Shown piece by piece: positions 55,846 through 63,705 of a stretch of 64,000 nucleotides of DNA. This DNA is from Escherichia phage Ec_Makalu_002, in the sequence record MN709127.1; one strand, written 5' to 3'. The notes beneath the pieces were generated by a model, which saw nothing but the letters and a program-made list of their open reading frames with translations, was not told where the DNA came from and did no database searches. The position numbers and the translations under genes were made by a program. Positions within the stretch are counted from its first letter, which is position 1. Every line of letters starts with the position of its first letter.

Positions 55846-56184
55846 TCACACCTTCAAAGTCATAGACGCATAAACATTAATATCAGGCCAGTTAGGATCG
55901 CAATTATACTCAACATCCCACAAATAAAGCGGTTTAGATGTATCAGCCAGGTTTTTAAAATCTTCTACCCACATTTCAAGGCTATATGAAGGATAAACTA
56001 GGCTATCATACCCGCCGTAACGTTGGCCTACTGGTCGGTCAGTAAAGACTACCTCAAGATCCGGCAATTCTTTTTCTAGGATAACAGCCAGCGCATAAAT
56101 CAGGCGGTCTTCCTTGTTACGCTGCCGTAGGACCGTTGTTAGTTGGTTCTTCTGGTTCACTAGCAAGTACCTCCACATTTTCAC
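55846..56184 (-). CDS. hypothetical protein (possible 3' part of a frameshifted gene)
   Basis: 112-aa ORF overlapping 56117..56437 by 68 nt. Confidence 0.4.
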   Translation of the reverse strand: MKMWRYLLVNQKNQLTTVLRQRNKEDRLIYALAVILEKELPDLEVVFTDRPVGQRYGGYDSLVYPSYSLEMWVEDFKNLADTSKPLYLWDVEYNCDPNWPDINVYASMTLKV

Positions 56185-56437
56185 AGAATGAAATTTTCAC
56201 AGACACAATTTTACCATAAGTGAAGAATGAATATACATTATCGAGATATTCAACGTCACCTACAATCACATCAAACTGCGGGTCAGCCACTGCCGCAACA
56301 TATTCTACCAGTTCATCAAGAGAATGCAACTTAATTTCATCAATTCGGCTATATTTGGTTGCATCTTTAATTTTAAAACCACGTTCTTTCAGCTTGTCAA
56401 TCAGAATTTCGCGCGGAGTTTCAAACAGTTTGCTCAT
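56117..56437 (-). CDS. hypothetical protein (possible 5' part of a frameshifted gene)
   Basis: 106-aa ORF; low-complexity tail EPEEPTNNGPTAA in overlap; SD GAGGATTATATT. Confidence 0.4.
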   Translation of the reverse strand: MSKLFETPREILIDKLKERGFKIKDATKYSRIDEIKLHSLDELVEYVAAVADPQFDVIVGDVEYLDNVYSFFTYGKIVSVKISFCENVEVLASEPEEPTNNGPTAA

Positions 56438-56455
56438 AATATAATCCTCACACAG

Positions 56456-56656
56456 TTAATCAGTATAATCAATAATCTTGCACATTATAACAGAAAGAAC
56501 AAAGACCGCAACCCACATATAGATCCCAGCAATCAATGCAATTTCAATATCACAATATCCAAGATATACAACAGGAATAAAAACAAACATACAGACCAGC
56601 GCAATGAAACTAGCATATACGCTCGAAAATCTGATGGCACTATTATTAATTTTCAT
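56456..56656 (-). CDS. small membrane protein
   Basis: 66 aa hydrophobic. Confidence 0.45.
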   Translation of the reverse strand: MKINNSAIRFSSVYASFIALVCMFVFIPVVYLGYCDIEIALIAGIYMWVAVFVLSVIMCKIIDYTD

Positions 56657-56657
56657 A

Positions 56658-56840
56658 TTAACAATCCTCGCGGCTTAAGTCAACAGCAATTGCATACAGA
56701 AGAATGAATATACTAGCAGATCCCAGAATCAATGCACCGTCACATTTTGAAACTCGCTCATCAAAATGCAACATTATCCATCCGAGGATGTTAAAGGCGC
56801 ATATCGCGCCTATGTTATCTAACCAATTAATCTTTTTCAT
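56658..56840 (-). CDS. small membrane protein
   Basis: 60 aa hydrophobic. Confidence 0.45.
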   Translation of the reverse strand: MKKINWLDNIGAICAFNILGWIMLHFDERVSKCDGALILGSASIFILLYAIAVDLSREDC

Positions 56841-56848
56841 AATATACC

Positions 56849-57175
56849 TTAGAAAGAAACAGTTTTCAAGAAATCCAGATTTTCAGTACCGAAAACAGAA
56901 AAGTAGTGTTTTCCTTTTTCGGTTTTAGAGAAAGCGATTGTCTTCTCTACATGGTGACGGAAGCCAGACAGACGATCACCCAGGTCAAGGCGGCAAGCGT
57001 AAGTAGTGCCGTTTTCGAAAGTAACCTCGATTTGAGTTTTGTCATATTCGCTTTCATAGGCTTTTGCTGCCGCTTCCAGTGCTTTACGCTCGAAGTCTTC
57101 GAAGTGGAATACTTCGTTTGCGTTAGCGAATACAGAAGATTCAGAGAAGATAACTTTAACAGATACTGGTTTCAT
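56849..57175 (-). CDS. hypothetical protein
   Basis: 108-aa ORF. Confidence 0.45.
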   Translation of the reverse strand: MKPVSVKVIFSESSVFANANEVFHFEDFERKALEAAAKAYESEYDKTQIEVTFENGTTYACRLDLGDRLSGFRHHVEKTIAFSKTEKGKHYFSVFGTENLDFLKTVSF

Positions 57176-57217
57176 TTTGATACTCCTTAGTAGTTCGTGT
57201 TTCGTTTCGATGGGTGT

Positions 57218-57246
57218 ATTATGCTATACACCCTCTCGCGTGTCAA
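57218..57246 (-). promoter_or_regulatory. sigma70-like promoter (TTGACA-N17-CATAAT), hairpin GGGTGTAT..ATACACCC
   Basis: CATCGAAACGAAAC box downstream. Confidence 0.55.
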
Positions 57247-57254
57247 CAACTTTT

Positions 57255-57443
57255 TTAGTCTTTTTTCATAATTTCTAGAGCAGTTTCTACCGCACCTTTC
57301 CAACCCTCCCACATAATGGACATGGTAATGAAGGTAAAGCACCCACAGGAATCAGCCTTTTTAGAAATAAACCATTCTACAAACTCTTCGCTCATACCAT
57401 GCTCTTTAGCGGATTCGCGTAATTGTTCAATTTTGTCTTCCAT
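57255..57443 (-). CDS. hypothetical protein
   Basis: 62-aa ORF. Confidence 0.4.
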   Translation of the reverse strand: MEDKIEQLRESAKEHGMSEEFVEWFISKKADSCGCFTFITMSIMWEGWKGAVETALEIMKKD

Positions 57444-57465
57444 AGTATCACCTCAACACTTAACG

Positions 57466-57654
57466 TTATTCAAACGGTTTATTCAACCTATTGTAAAAGT
57501 ACATGTAACAAGCATAGTTTTGTTTTGGTTGTACCGTATCCGATAGACACGCTTTTACAGCCTCGCGGTCCGATGGATCTACACCCTCAGCTTTAAGTAA
57601 TGCTAAAATCTGGTTATAGCGTACTCTCAATTGCGTTAATGGTTTATCCCCCAT
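57466..57654 (-). CDS. hypothetical protein
   Basis: 62-aa ORF. Confidence 0.4.
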   Translation of the reverse strand: MGDKPLTQLRVRYNQILALLKAEGVDPSDREAVKACLSDTVQPKQNYACYMYFYNRLNKPFE

Positions 57655-57663
57655 ATTACCCCC

Positions 57664-57891
57664 TTATAGTTGATCAGCGATGTATGCGGTGCATTTGCGG
57701 AGTTTAGCCATAGCACCACCTTTCATGTCGCTTGCGCCTACAATGTTCATGATCTCTAAGCGATCAGCCGGATTCAGTCTAGTAGCCCAGATCTGGTTAG
57801 CCAGTTCCATTTTACCCATCTGCGGTTCCATCTCAAACAGTTCACGCTCAAAGTCGATAATTTCTTTTGCTGCGTCTTTAAAGTTAATCAT
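57664..57891 (-). CDS. hypothetical protein
   Basis: 75-aa ORF. Confidence 0.4.
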   Translation of the reverse strand: MINFKDAAKEIIDFERELFEMEPQMGKMELANQIWATRLNPADRLEIMNIVGASDMKGGAMAKLRKCTAYIADQL

Positions 57892-57920
57892 TTTGATTCT
57901 CCCGTTTCGTTGATGGTTGT

Positions 57921-57949
57921 ATTGTAGGGGAGTTATCCTCCCCTGTCAA
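57921..57949 (-). promoter_or_regulatory. sigma70-like promoter (TTGACA-N17-TACAAT), hairpin AGGGGAG..CTCCCCT
   Basis: minus-strand reading. Confidence 0.5.
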
Positions 57950-57957
57950 CACTTTTA

Positions 57958-58143
57958 TCAGAAATATGCAATATAGTTTGCCAGCCCTACAGAGTCATCA
58001 TTCGGCATTGCTTTTACCGCCAGTTCAAACCCTGCTTCAACTTTCTGTTTAGCGGATTCTTCGTTATAACCCCAGATTACCAGAATAGCTACTACGTTTT
58101 CTTTGCTTACTGCTTTCAGTGCTTTAGTGATGCGACGTGCCAT
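57958..58143 (-). CDS. hypothetical protein
   Basis: 61-aa ORF. Confidence 0.4.
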   Translation of the reverse strand: MARRITKALKAVSKENVVAILVIWGYNEESAKQKVEAGFELAVKAMPNDDSVGLANYIAYF

Positions 58144-58189
58144 AATTTGATTCTCCGTTTAAGAAAGTGTGTTTCGTTTCGATGGGTGT

Positions 58190-58218
58190 ATTATGCTATA
58201 GGCCGGATCTGGTGTCAA
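58190..58218 (-). promoter_or_regulatory. sigma70-like promoter (TTGACA-N17-CATAAT)
   Basis: directly follows terminator; CATCGAAACGAAAC box. Confidence 0.55.
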
Positions 58219-58242
58219 CAACTTTTTTAAAAAAATTTTAGG

Positions 58243-58271
58243 CAATAAAAAAGCCACTCCGAAGAGTGGCT
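58243..58271 (-). terminator. rho-independent terminator
   Basis: minus strand AAGCCACTCTTCGGAGTGGCTTTTTTATT. Confidence 0.65.
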
Positions 58272-58419
58272 TATAGGGAAGGTAGCGAATCTTCCTTGTC
58301 TCCAACCTGCTAGCGGCCTAGCAAGTGAATGCTTTAGCGTACCGGATCGCCCATACGCTGCAATAAATGCGGCTAGGTGACGTCCAAATCATTCTAACCG
58401 CGCTGTCTTTAGTTCACTA

Positions 58420-58638
58420 TTATTTATATCGCTTTCTCTCGCGACGTTTTTGATCTTCTTCCTTGATAGAGTTAAATGCATCAAAAAGACACATGACACT
58501 AATAATAAACATAACCGTATTTTCTACGATATCCCACGGCTTCGCATCAGTACAGATCCCCCAAACGGTAAGAAATGCAAATAAGGCAGAAGAGATCACA
58601 AGCATGATACTTGCTAAGACATAAAAGGTCATCTTCAT
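58420..58638 (-). CDS. small membrane protein
   Basis: 72 aa; hydrophobic core, basic tail. Confidence 0.45.
   Translation of the reverse strand: MKMTFYVLASIMLVISSALFAFLTVWGICTDAKPWDIVENTVMFIISVMCLFDAFNSIKEEDQKRRERKRYK
58421..58428 (-). promoter_or_regulatory. T4-type late promoter core TATAAATA
   Basis: exact motif overlapping upstream stop, heading a 148-nt non-coding stretch. Confidence 0.4.
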
Positions 58639-58829
58639 GGTTTTACCTCAATTCTTCGATATTCATCACACATCCATGCAGTAAGCAAGAATCCCAACAC
58701 ATAAGCAACAAAATACGTTAATGCTTCTTCTGGTTCGGTGCTATGCGCCATCATCAGACCAGCGAGAAAGGTCTTAACAATTACATTTAAAATAATTAGC
58801 CACGCAAATAATTTCATCGTTTGCCCCAT
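58635..58829 (-). CDS. small membrane protein
   Basis: 64 aa hydrophobic. Confidence 0.45.
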   Translation of the reverse strand: MGQTMKLFAWLIILNVIVKTFLAGLMMAHSTEPEEALTYFVAYVLGFLLTAWMCDEYRRIEVKP

Positions 58830-59053
58830 TTCGGTCGAGTCTTCTCAAACTTATACATTCCGTGACAATCTCGAATCATCCACGTAACAAGAGCACCACT
58901 CAACACCGACAGCACACAGAAGAAGTAAAACGGTCCGGTTGCATTATCAACATGAGCAAGCCATGTAAAGAATACACATGCTAAGAATGTAAAGAACATC
59001 ATAAAACACAAGAAAGCAAAATATTTTATGCTACTCATATCGCCACCATACAA
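58814..59053 (-). CDS. small membrane protein
   Basis: 79 aa hydrophobic. Confidence 0.45.
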   Translation of the reverse strand: MYGGDMSSIKYFAFLCFMMFFTFLACVFFTWLAHVDNATGPFYFFCVLSVLSGALVTWMIRDCHGMYKFEKTRPKWGKR

Positions 59054-59141
59054 CAGATCATAAGAAACCCAAACGCAATAAGAATTGCATCAAATTTAGT
59101 GAACTCCGGTCCACCTATCAACATCATTCGTTCCTGTTCAG

Positions 59142-59339
59142 TCATAGATCACAGATCCATCTAAAAGCACCACATACAGCGATCAGGAGTGTAGGAACAC
59201 TTGAGAAGAAAACCAATGTACAAAAATCATCTAGTGTAATACCGGAATAACTACCGACTGCAATCACACCGATGATCAGACACAGAAAGAAAACAAATGC
59301 AATCAGAAACAAAGTATTGCTAAACAGTTTAGTGATCAT
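59142..59339 (-). CDS. small membrane protein
   Basis: 65 aa hydrophobic. Confidence 0.45.
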   Translation of the reverse strand: MITKLFSNTLFLIAFVFFLCLIIGVIAVGSYSGITLDDFCTLVFFSSVPTLLIAVCGAFRWICDL

Positions 59340-59533
59340 TAGACACCCCCACGACGGTCAATTTCAAAAACTTTCTTATCACAGACAAAGCAGGTCACTA
59401 CAGCCTCATTGACTTCCGCAAATTGTTGTGTTACCCACTTAAGGTCAGAGCGAAACAATGTTTTGTTAATAACAAATGTTTTACCTTTCTTATCCTTACC
59501 CATAAATTTTGCTTTAACCATATCCAATTCCAT
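59339..59533 (-). CDS. dmd: Dmd-like antitoxin (inhibitor of RnlA/LsoA-type toxins)
   Basis: ME...FMG..K...W.TQQFAEVNEAVV..F..DKKV.E.D.RG pattern matches T4 Dmd (60 aa) as recalled. Confidence 0.5.
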   Translation of the reverse strand: MELDMVKAKFMGKDKKGKTFVINKTLFRSDLKWVTQQFAEVNEAVVTCFVCDKKVFEIDRRGGV

Positions 59534-59542
59534 ATTATCACC

Positions 59543-59701
59543 TTATTTGCTAATCGCTAAACCTAATCCGAAGAGAGCACCAGACGCTACAGTATACCCG
59601 AAAGTTTCAAAGGCAGTCAAGATATCCAACCCACCAGCTAACAGAGTTGCAGTAAACAGAGTACCAGCTACGAACATAAAAGTTTTACCGATAAATTTCA
59701 T
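59543..59701 (-). CDS. small membrane protein (52 aa)
   Basis: MKFIGKTFMFVAGTLFTATLLAGG...; SD AAGGAGAA. Confidence 0.35.
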   Translation of the reverse strand: MKFIGKTFMFVAGTLFTATLLAGGLDILTAFETFGYTVASGALFGLGLAISK

Positions 59702-59733
59702 TTTGATTCTCCTTTCGTTTGTTTGTTGGGGGT

Positions 59734-59762
59734 ATCTTACTACCCCCGTTTCATGTTGTCAA
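59734..59762 (-). promoter_or_regulatory. sigma70-like promoter (TTGACA-N17-TAAGAT), hairpin GGGGGTA..TACCCCC
   Basis: minus-strand reading. Confidence 0.45.
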
Positions 59763-59768
59763 CTGTTT

Positions 59769-60146
59769 TTAAGAAAATTTTACTTCGTCTACAATGTCTT
59801 TCATGACATTGATTTCCATTCCGGTCAGAACACGTTGGAACATGTGCTGCACATACGCTTTCAGGTATTCATTTGATGGCTTGCTATCAAAAGTCTTTTT
59901 AGTGTAGTAGTCATCACCGAAAGCTACTGTAATTACATTTTCGTCGTCGTTCCAGGCAATATAAGCAAATTTGCCGTTATCCCAGAATCGAGCACTAATT
60001 GCTACTTTCGTTGAATCGAATCCTACTTCGCTGTGAGATTCAAGAACTACTTGCGTGCCAGTTTCTTTATGAATGTAGTAGCGGGATACTAAGTCAAAGT
60101 TACGGGTGTAGTGACATTCGAATTTATCTTTAAACATCATCATCAT
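59769..60146 (-). CDS. hypothetical protein
   Basis: 125-aa ORF. Confidence 0.5.
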   Translation of the reverse strand: MMMMFKDKFECHYTRNFDLVSRYYIHKETGTQVVLESHSEVGFDSTKVAISARFWDNGKFAYIAWNDDENVITVAFGDDYYTKKTFDSKPSNEYLKAYVQHMFQRVLTGMEINVMKDIVDEVKFS

Positions 60147-60185
60147 TTTTTGATTCTCCTAAGTGTGTTTCGTTTCGATGTGTGC

Positions 60186-60214
60186 ATTATGCTATAGTCG
60201 TTTATGGTTGTCAA
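60186..60214 (-). promoter_or_regulatory. sigma70-like promoter (TTGACA-N17-CATAAT)
   Basis: directly follows terminator; CATCGAAACGAAAC box. Confidence 0.55.
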
Positions 60215-60219
60215 CACAT

Positions 60220-60256
60220 AAAAACAAAAAAACCCCGAAAAAAAATTTCGGGGTAT
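60220..60256 (-). terminator. rho-independent terminator after Acb1-like gene
   Basis: minus strand ACCCCGAAATTTTTTTTCGGGGTTTTTTTGTTTTT. Confidence 0.65.
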
Positions 60257-60260
60257 AGAA

Positions 60261-60731
60261 TTACAGTTTGGTCGTCCACTCCAGATCTAGATCTTCGACA
60301 TATTCATGTGATCGGACAATCTCTAAATCGAACTCTAGGTCAGTGCCAAATTTACGCGCGCCAACATCATAAGAAAGCGTGATATGCGGTACATATTCAG
60401 GATAATCCCACGTCGCACCTAAAGCAGTTCCGATATCGTGTCTGAATTGCATGTAGTCGCTTTCAAATGCCAGCACAAGTGCATTAGTACCGGATTGAGT
60501 TTCAAACACTTTCAGATGGCACAGAGAGCCTAAGAACTTCTCCCCTTCTTCTGGGATAAACGGAACATAAACACGAGAATATAAGATCGTGCTATGAAGT
60601 TTATCACGAGGAACGGCATTAGGCAGATCGTAGAACTCCTGCAATTTTTCAATGCGGTCTAGTGTATCCTCAGTGAATTTAACCGCCGCATATGTACCTT
60701 TAACGGATTCTCGAAACGGGGTCATAATCAA
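60261..60731 (-). CDS. 2H phosphoesterase, Acb1-like anti-CBASS nuclease (T4 57B position)
   Basis: two H-x-T/S motifs (KLHSTILYS, VPHITLSY); directly upstream of 57A-1-3 as T4 57B. Confidence 0.6.
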   Translation of the reverse strand: MIMTPFRESVKGTYAAVKFTEDTLDRIEKLQEFYDLPNAVPRDKLHSTILYSRVYVPFIPEEGEKFLGSLCHLKVFETQSGTNALVLAFESDYMQFRHDIGTALGATWDYPEYVPHITLSYDVGARKFGTDLEFDLEIVRSHEYVEDLDLEWTTKL

Positions 60732-60994
60732 GCCTCCGTGATCAGTTCTACTTCCTCTTTATCGTCTTCCGCTGCCTCGTCTTTAGGGAGAAGTGCTTTT
60801 ACTTCTTCGACAATAGCATCAAGGGAAACAGTGCCGTTTTCGTCTGGCTGAATACCCAGAATGCGTACCAGTTCCATCAAGACACGCTCACGATCTTTCA
60901 GTTGGCCTTCTAAGAATGCGGCTTTTTCTTGAGTGTCAAACAGACGTACTTTCAGGACATTAATCATTTGTTCATGCTGATTGGACATATTCAC
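60728..60994 (-). CDS. 57A: tail fiber assembly chaperone gp57A
   Basis: 88-aa coiled-coil; FDTQEKAA and IVEEVKAL with acidic tail resemble T4 gp57A; ATGA overlap. Confidence 0.6.
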   Translation of the reverse strand: MNMSNQHEQMINVLKVRLFDTQEKAAFLEGQLKDRERVLMELVRILGIQPDENGTVSLDAIVEEVKALLPKDEAAEDDKEEVELITEA

Positions 60995-61020
60995 ATCTCC
61001 TACTTGTTGATAACTTTTTA

Positions 61021-61677
61021 TTAAAGGTTCGCGAGAATCGCGCTTTCAAATTCTTCTAATGTACCATTATTTATGATAATGGTTTCACCGTCAATAGGCA
61101 AAATTCCTTTTTCGGTGGAGTGAGTCGATACAATACCAGTATCACGCTGAATATGCAACACCTTAGCACCCATAGTACGCATGAGAGCAATTTCAATAGG
61201 CTGACGCACATCAACTACTACAAAATACCCTTCTTCATTTTTGCGCTTCATAAACTCATTCACGAAGAGATTACACCAATAAAGCGGATTAATCAAGTTA
61301 ACCATTATGTCAGTACCGAGAGTGGTTAACATGAGACGGATAGACCAGACGTTATTATGTTTTTCTCCGATCTCATTAACGACCTTGTAAATCTCAGCCA
61401 GACGGTCACATGTAAAGGAACTACCACCATACTTAGAATCTAGCATAAGCAGACACTGAATAAACCACTTATGCGCGGTGTAGGTATCAATACCTAGATC
61501 GGCTTCTCTGTCACGCCCTAACCCGTCAAAGTCAAGATAAGTCAGACCTAAGTCTGGTTGACATTCGCATAAGATTTCTTTGATCGGTGCTGCCAGCTGA
61601 TAACTGTGTCCATCAATGATTAACGCGGCAGTGTCTTTTCCTACGCGTTTTTTACCACAAAGTGCAATCAATTTCAT
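61021..61677 (-). CDS. 1: deoxynucleoside monophosphate kinase gp1
   Basis: MKLIALCGKKRVGKDT P-loop N-terminus as in T4 gp1. Confidence 0.8.
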   Translation of the reverse strand: MKLIALCGKKRVGKDTAALIIDGHSYQLAAPIKEILCECQPDLGLTYLDFDGLGRDREADLGIDTYTAHKWFIQCLLMLDSKYGGSSFTCDRLAEIYKVVNEIGEKHNNVWSIRLMLTTLGTDIMVNLINPLYWCNLFVNEFMKRKNEEGYFVVVDVRQPIEIALMRTMGAKVLHIQRDTGIVSTHSTEKGILPIDGETIIINNGTLEEFESAILANL

Positions 61678-61692
61678 AATATAAGCCTCTTG

Positions 61693-62283
61693 TTACTTTC
61701 TAAAAGCAGGGTGCATAGCTTTAATTCCTTCCACTCGCTGACGATCCGCCGCCTGAATTGCTGGGCGAGGAACGATCAGTTGACCATCACGTTCAATGCT
61801 CATTGTTTTAAATGGAAGAATTGCAGTACACACCAGAGATTCATGCATATCATCGGTGTATGTTAACTCAAGTTCCCCCAATTGTGAACACCAACAACCA
61901 TAAAAGTTAAAGGTGCATACAATGTTACGGCGTTCATTGTCCATCATGTGAACTTGAACGGCTTCCGGCATTGAATCCTTCCACGCGGTGGAGTTACCGT
62001 TATTGTAGTCTACTATAGAAAGCATCCATGTGTAAAGGTTTAGATAGCTTTCCAAATGCTCATCGACAATAAACCGGACTACCAGCGGGTCAAACTCTAC
62101 ATGACTGGAAGGATAATCAGCGACCGCCAAACCATATTGACCAGCAACTTGCTTAGTCGGTGGAATGGTTATAGCCGGAAGTGTAACACCTTGAGCATTT
62201 AAAGTAAAGCCTTTTGTTAGTTGACCATCTGGAATACTGATCTGCCAGTTACTAGGGTTAGCATAGTTAAAGAGATTAGACAT
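61693..62283 (-). CDS. 3: tail completion/sheath stabiliser protein gp3 (positional)
   Basis: 196-aa ORF after gene 1 as in T4 order 57A-1-3-2. Confidence 0.5.
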   Translation of the reverse strand: MSNLFNYANPSNWQISIPDGQLTKGFTLNAQGVTLPAITIPPTKQVAGQYGLAVADYPSSHVEFDPLVVRFIVDEHLESYLNLYTWMLSIVDYNNGNSTAWKDSMPEAVQVHMMDNERRNIVCTFNFYGCWCSQLGELELTYTDDMHESLVCTAILPFKTMSIERDGQLIVPRPAIQAADRQRVEGIKAMHPAFRK

Positions 62284-62472
62284 TACTGATTCCTCAAATG
62301 AAAATATTTATTAACAATTGTCGCTTTGCGACGTGCCGTAGGCACTGACTACTTTTTAACCGAAACAAATTTTTATTATTCTAAAGATCTTTCTTCGTTT
62401 TGGTTATGTTTTAACCAATAACTATATTTTTATACAGTAATAAATAAAACGGGTACTATACGAGGACTTCTT

Positions 62473-62727
62473 ATGACAGAAGACATTTTGTTAAAACTCT
62501 ATGATCGTTTGGATAACGAATTAGCAACATTGCGGGGTGAAGTTCTCTATTTGTCTAAATGTAATACAGATCTGCTTAAGCAGATTGCAGAAAGGGATGA
62601 CCAAATAAAATCCCTTTCAGGTGCATTACGTGACCGCGACAAGGCATTAGAGATTTTACAGCGTGTTACCAATAAGGAAGAATTAAAAGACTTCTTACAT
62701 GGTTATGCTCATGCTATCGATCTATAA
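62473..62727 (+). CDS. hypothetical coiled-coil protein (plus strand)
   Basis: 84-aa ORF; SD GAGGA; converges with gene 2 on a shared hairpin. Confidence 0.5.
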   Translation: MTEDILLKLYDRLDNELATLRGEVLYLSKCNTDLLKQIAERDDQIKSLSGALRDRDKALEILQRVTNKEELKDFLHGYAHAIDL

Positions 62728-62754
62728 TAAAAAAGCCCGTCATTGACGGGCTTA
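62726..62754. terminator. bidirectional hairpin terminator between convergent genes
   Basis: AAGCCCGTCATTGACGGGCTT; T-run on minus strand. Confidence 0.6.
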
Positions 62755-62757
62755 ATC

Positions 62758-63579
62758 TTATGCATCCTTCCAAACTTTCCTTGCGTCGTATTTCTTGCCT
62801 TTTGACATAAACTGATATGTAGGCATATAGATAATATTGCTCCAGTCTTTCGGGCTAATCTCAACAAGTTTTGTTTTAATGTGTCCCGGCAAGTATGCTT
62901 TGATCATGTGATCACTACCACGCATACCTTTTACATCGCTCCATTTGATTTTTAAGCGTGTTTTATTGCTCAAGGTAGGCGTAGATGCATATTGCTTTAA
63001 AAGTGCTTCCAGAAACTGCTGACGGGCTTTAGGCGTTACATAGTGTAAGTTAAGACCCAGCATTACAGTATTACCCGCCTTTGTCTTAGAATCACCCAGA
63101 CAAATGATCAGCGGGAAAACATCCCAATATGGCAAAGTGTCTTTATACTTCGCATCATACATAAAAGTATAGATTCGCCCTACTTGCGGTTTTACAATCT
63201 GGTGTCCCTTTATTCCCGCTTTTATTGTTTTGGTAAACCATTCCTGTGATTTTTCTTTAGGACGACTCTTTGATACAGCACGCATAGACGCACGAAAATC
63301 ATTAATCATCATCATTGCGCGTTGCTGCTTATTGAGACCCTTTGCACCTTTCCCTTTTAGTTTTTCAACTTCTATTGCTGTTTTAATTTCGCTGGCATAA
63401 CGAGACATACTTTTAGTGAAAGTCGCATAGGCTATTCCCTTAGAATCTGCAAATGCTTTAGCTGTCATGCCTTTGGCTTTTGCTTTCGCAAATTCTACAC
63501 CCAATTCGACCCACTGTTTAGACTTTCGCTTTTGGGGAGACGGCTTTTCGTCTTCTGTGATTATTTCAAATACGCTCAT
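62758..63579 (-). CDS. 2: DNA end protector protein gp2 (positional)
   Basis: ORF track 62758..63711; start moved to ATG 63579 (MSVFEI...) with SD AGGATAA; 273 aa, basic. Confidence 0.5.
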   Translation of the reverse strand: MSVFEIITEDEKPSPQKRKSKQWVELGVEFAKAKAKGMTAKAFADSKGIAYATFTKSMSRYASEIKTAIEVEKLKGKGAKGLNKQQRAMMMINDFRASMRAVSKSRPKEKSQEWFTKTIKAGIKGHQIVKPQVGRIYTFMYDAKYKDTLPYWDVFPLIICLGDSKTKAGNTVMLGLNLHYVTPKARQQFLEALLKQYASTPTLSNKTRLKIKWSDVKGMRGSDHMIKAYLPGHIKTKLVEISPKDWSNIIYMPTYQFMSKGKKYDARKVWKDA

Positions 63580-63613
63580 AATATTATCCTCTATGTTTAT
63601 GTATGTTACACAC

Positions 63614-63642
63614 TTGACAATCCTCTTTGCTATTGCTAAAAT
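63614..63642 (+). promoter_or_regulatory. plus-strand sigma70-like promoter (TTGACA-N17-TAAAAT)
   Basis: upstream of plus-strand HNH ORF; divergent from gene 2. Confidence 0.5.
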
Positions 63643-63705
63643 GCAGACGAAAATAAACAGCGATACTTGTTGATAAATATCATTATACCATAGGAGTAAC
63701 CTTAG

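Noticed and set aside
2813-60214. Possible CRISPR array suggested by the many similar intergenic repeats
   Set aside because: Repeats are 60-90 nt promoter/hairpin cassettes separated by whole genes of very different lengths, with SD/ATG context; no short regular repeat-spacer periodicity
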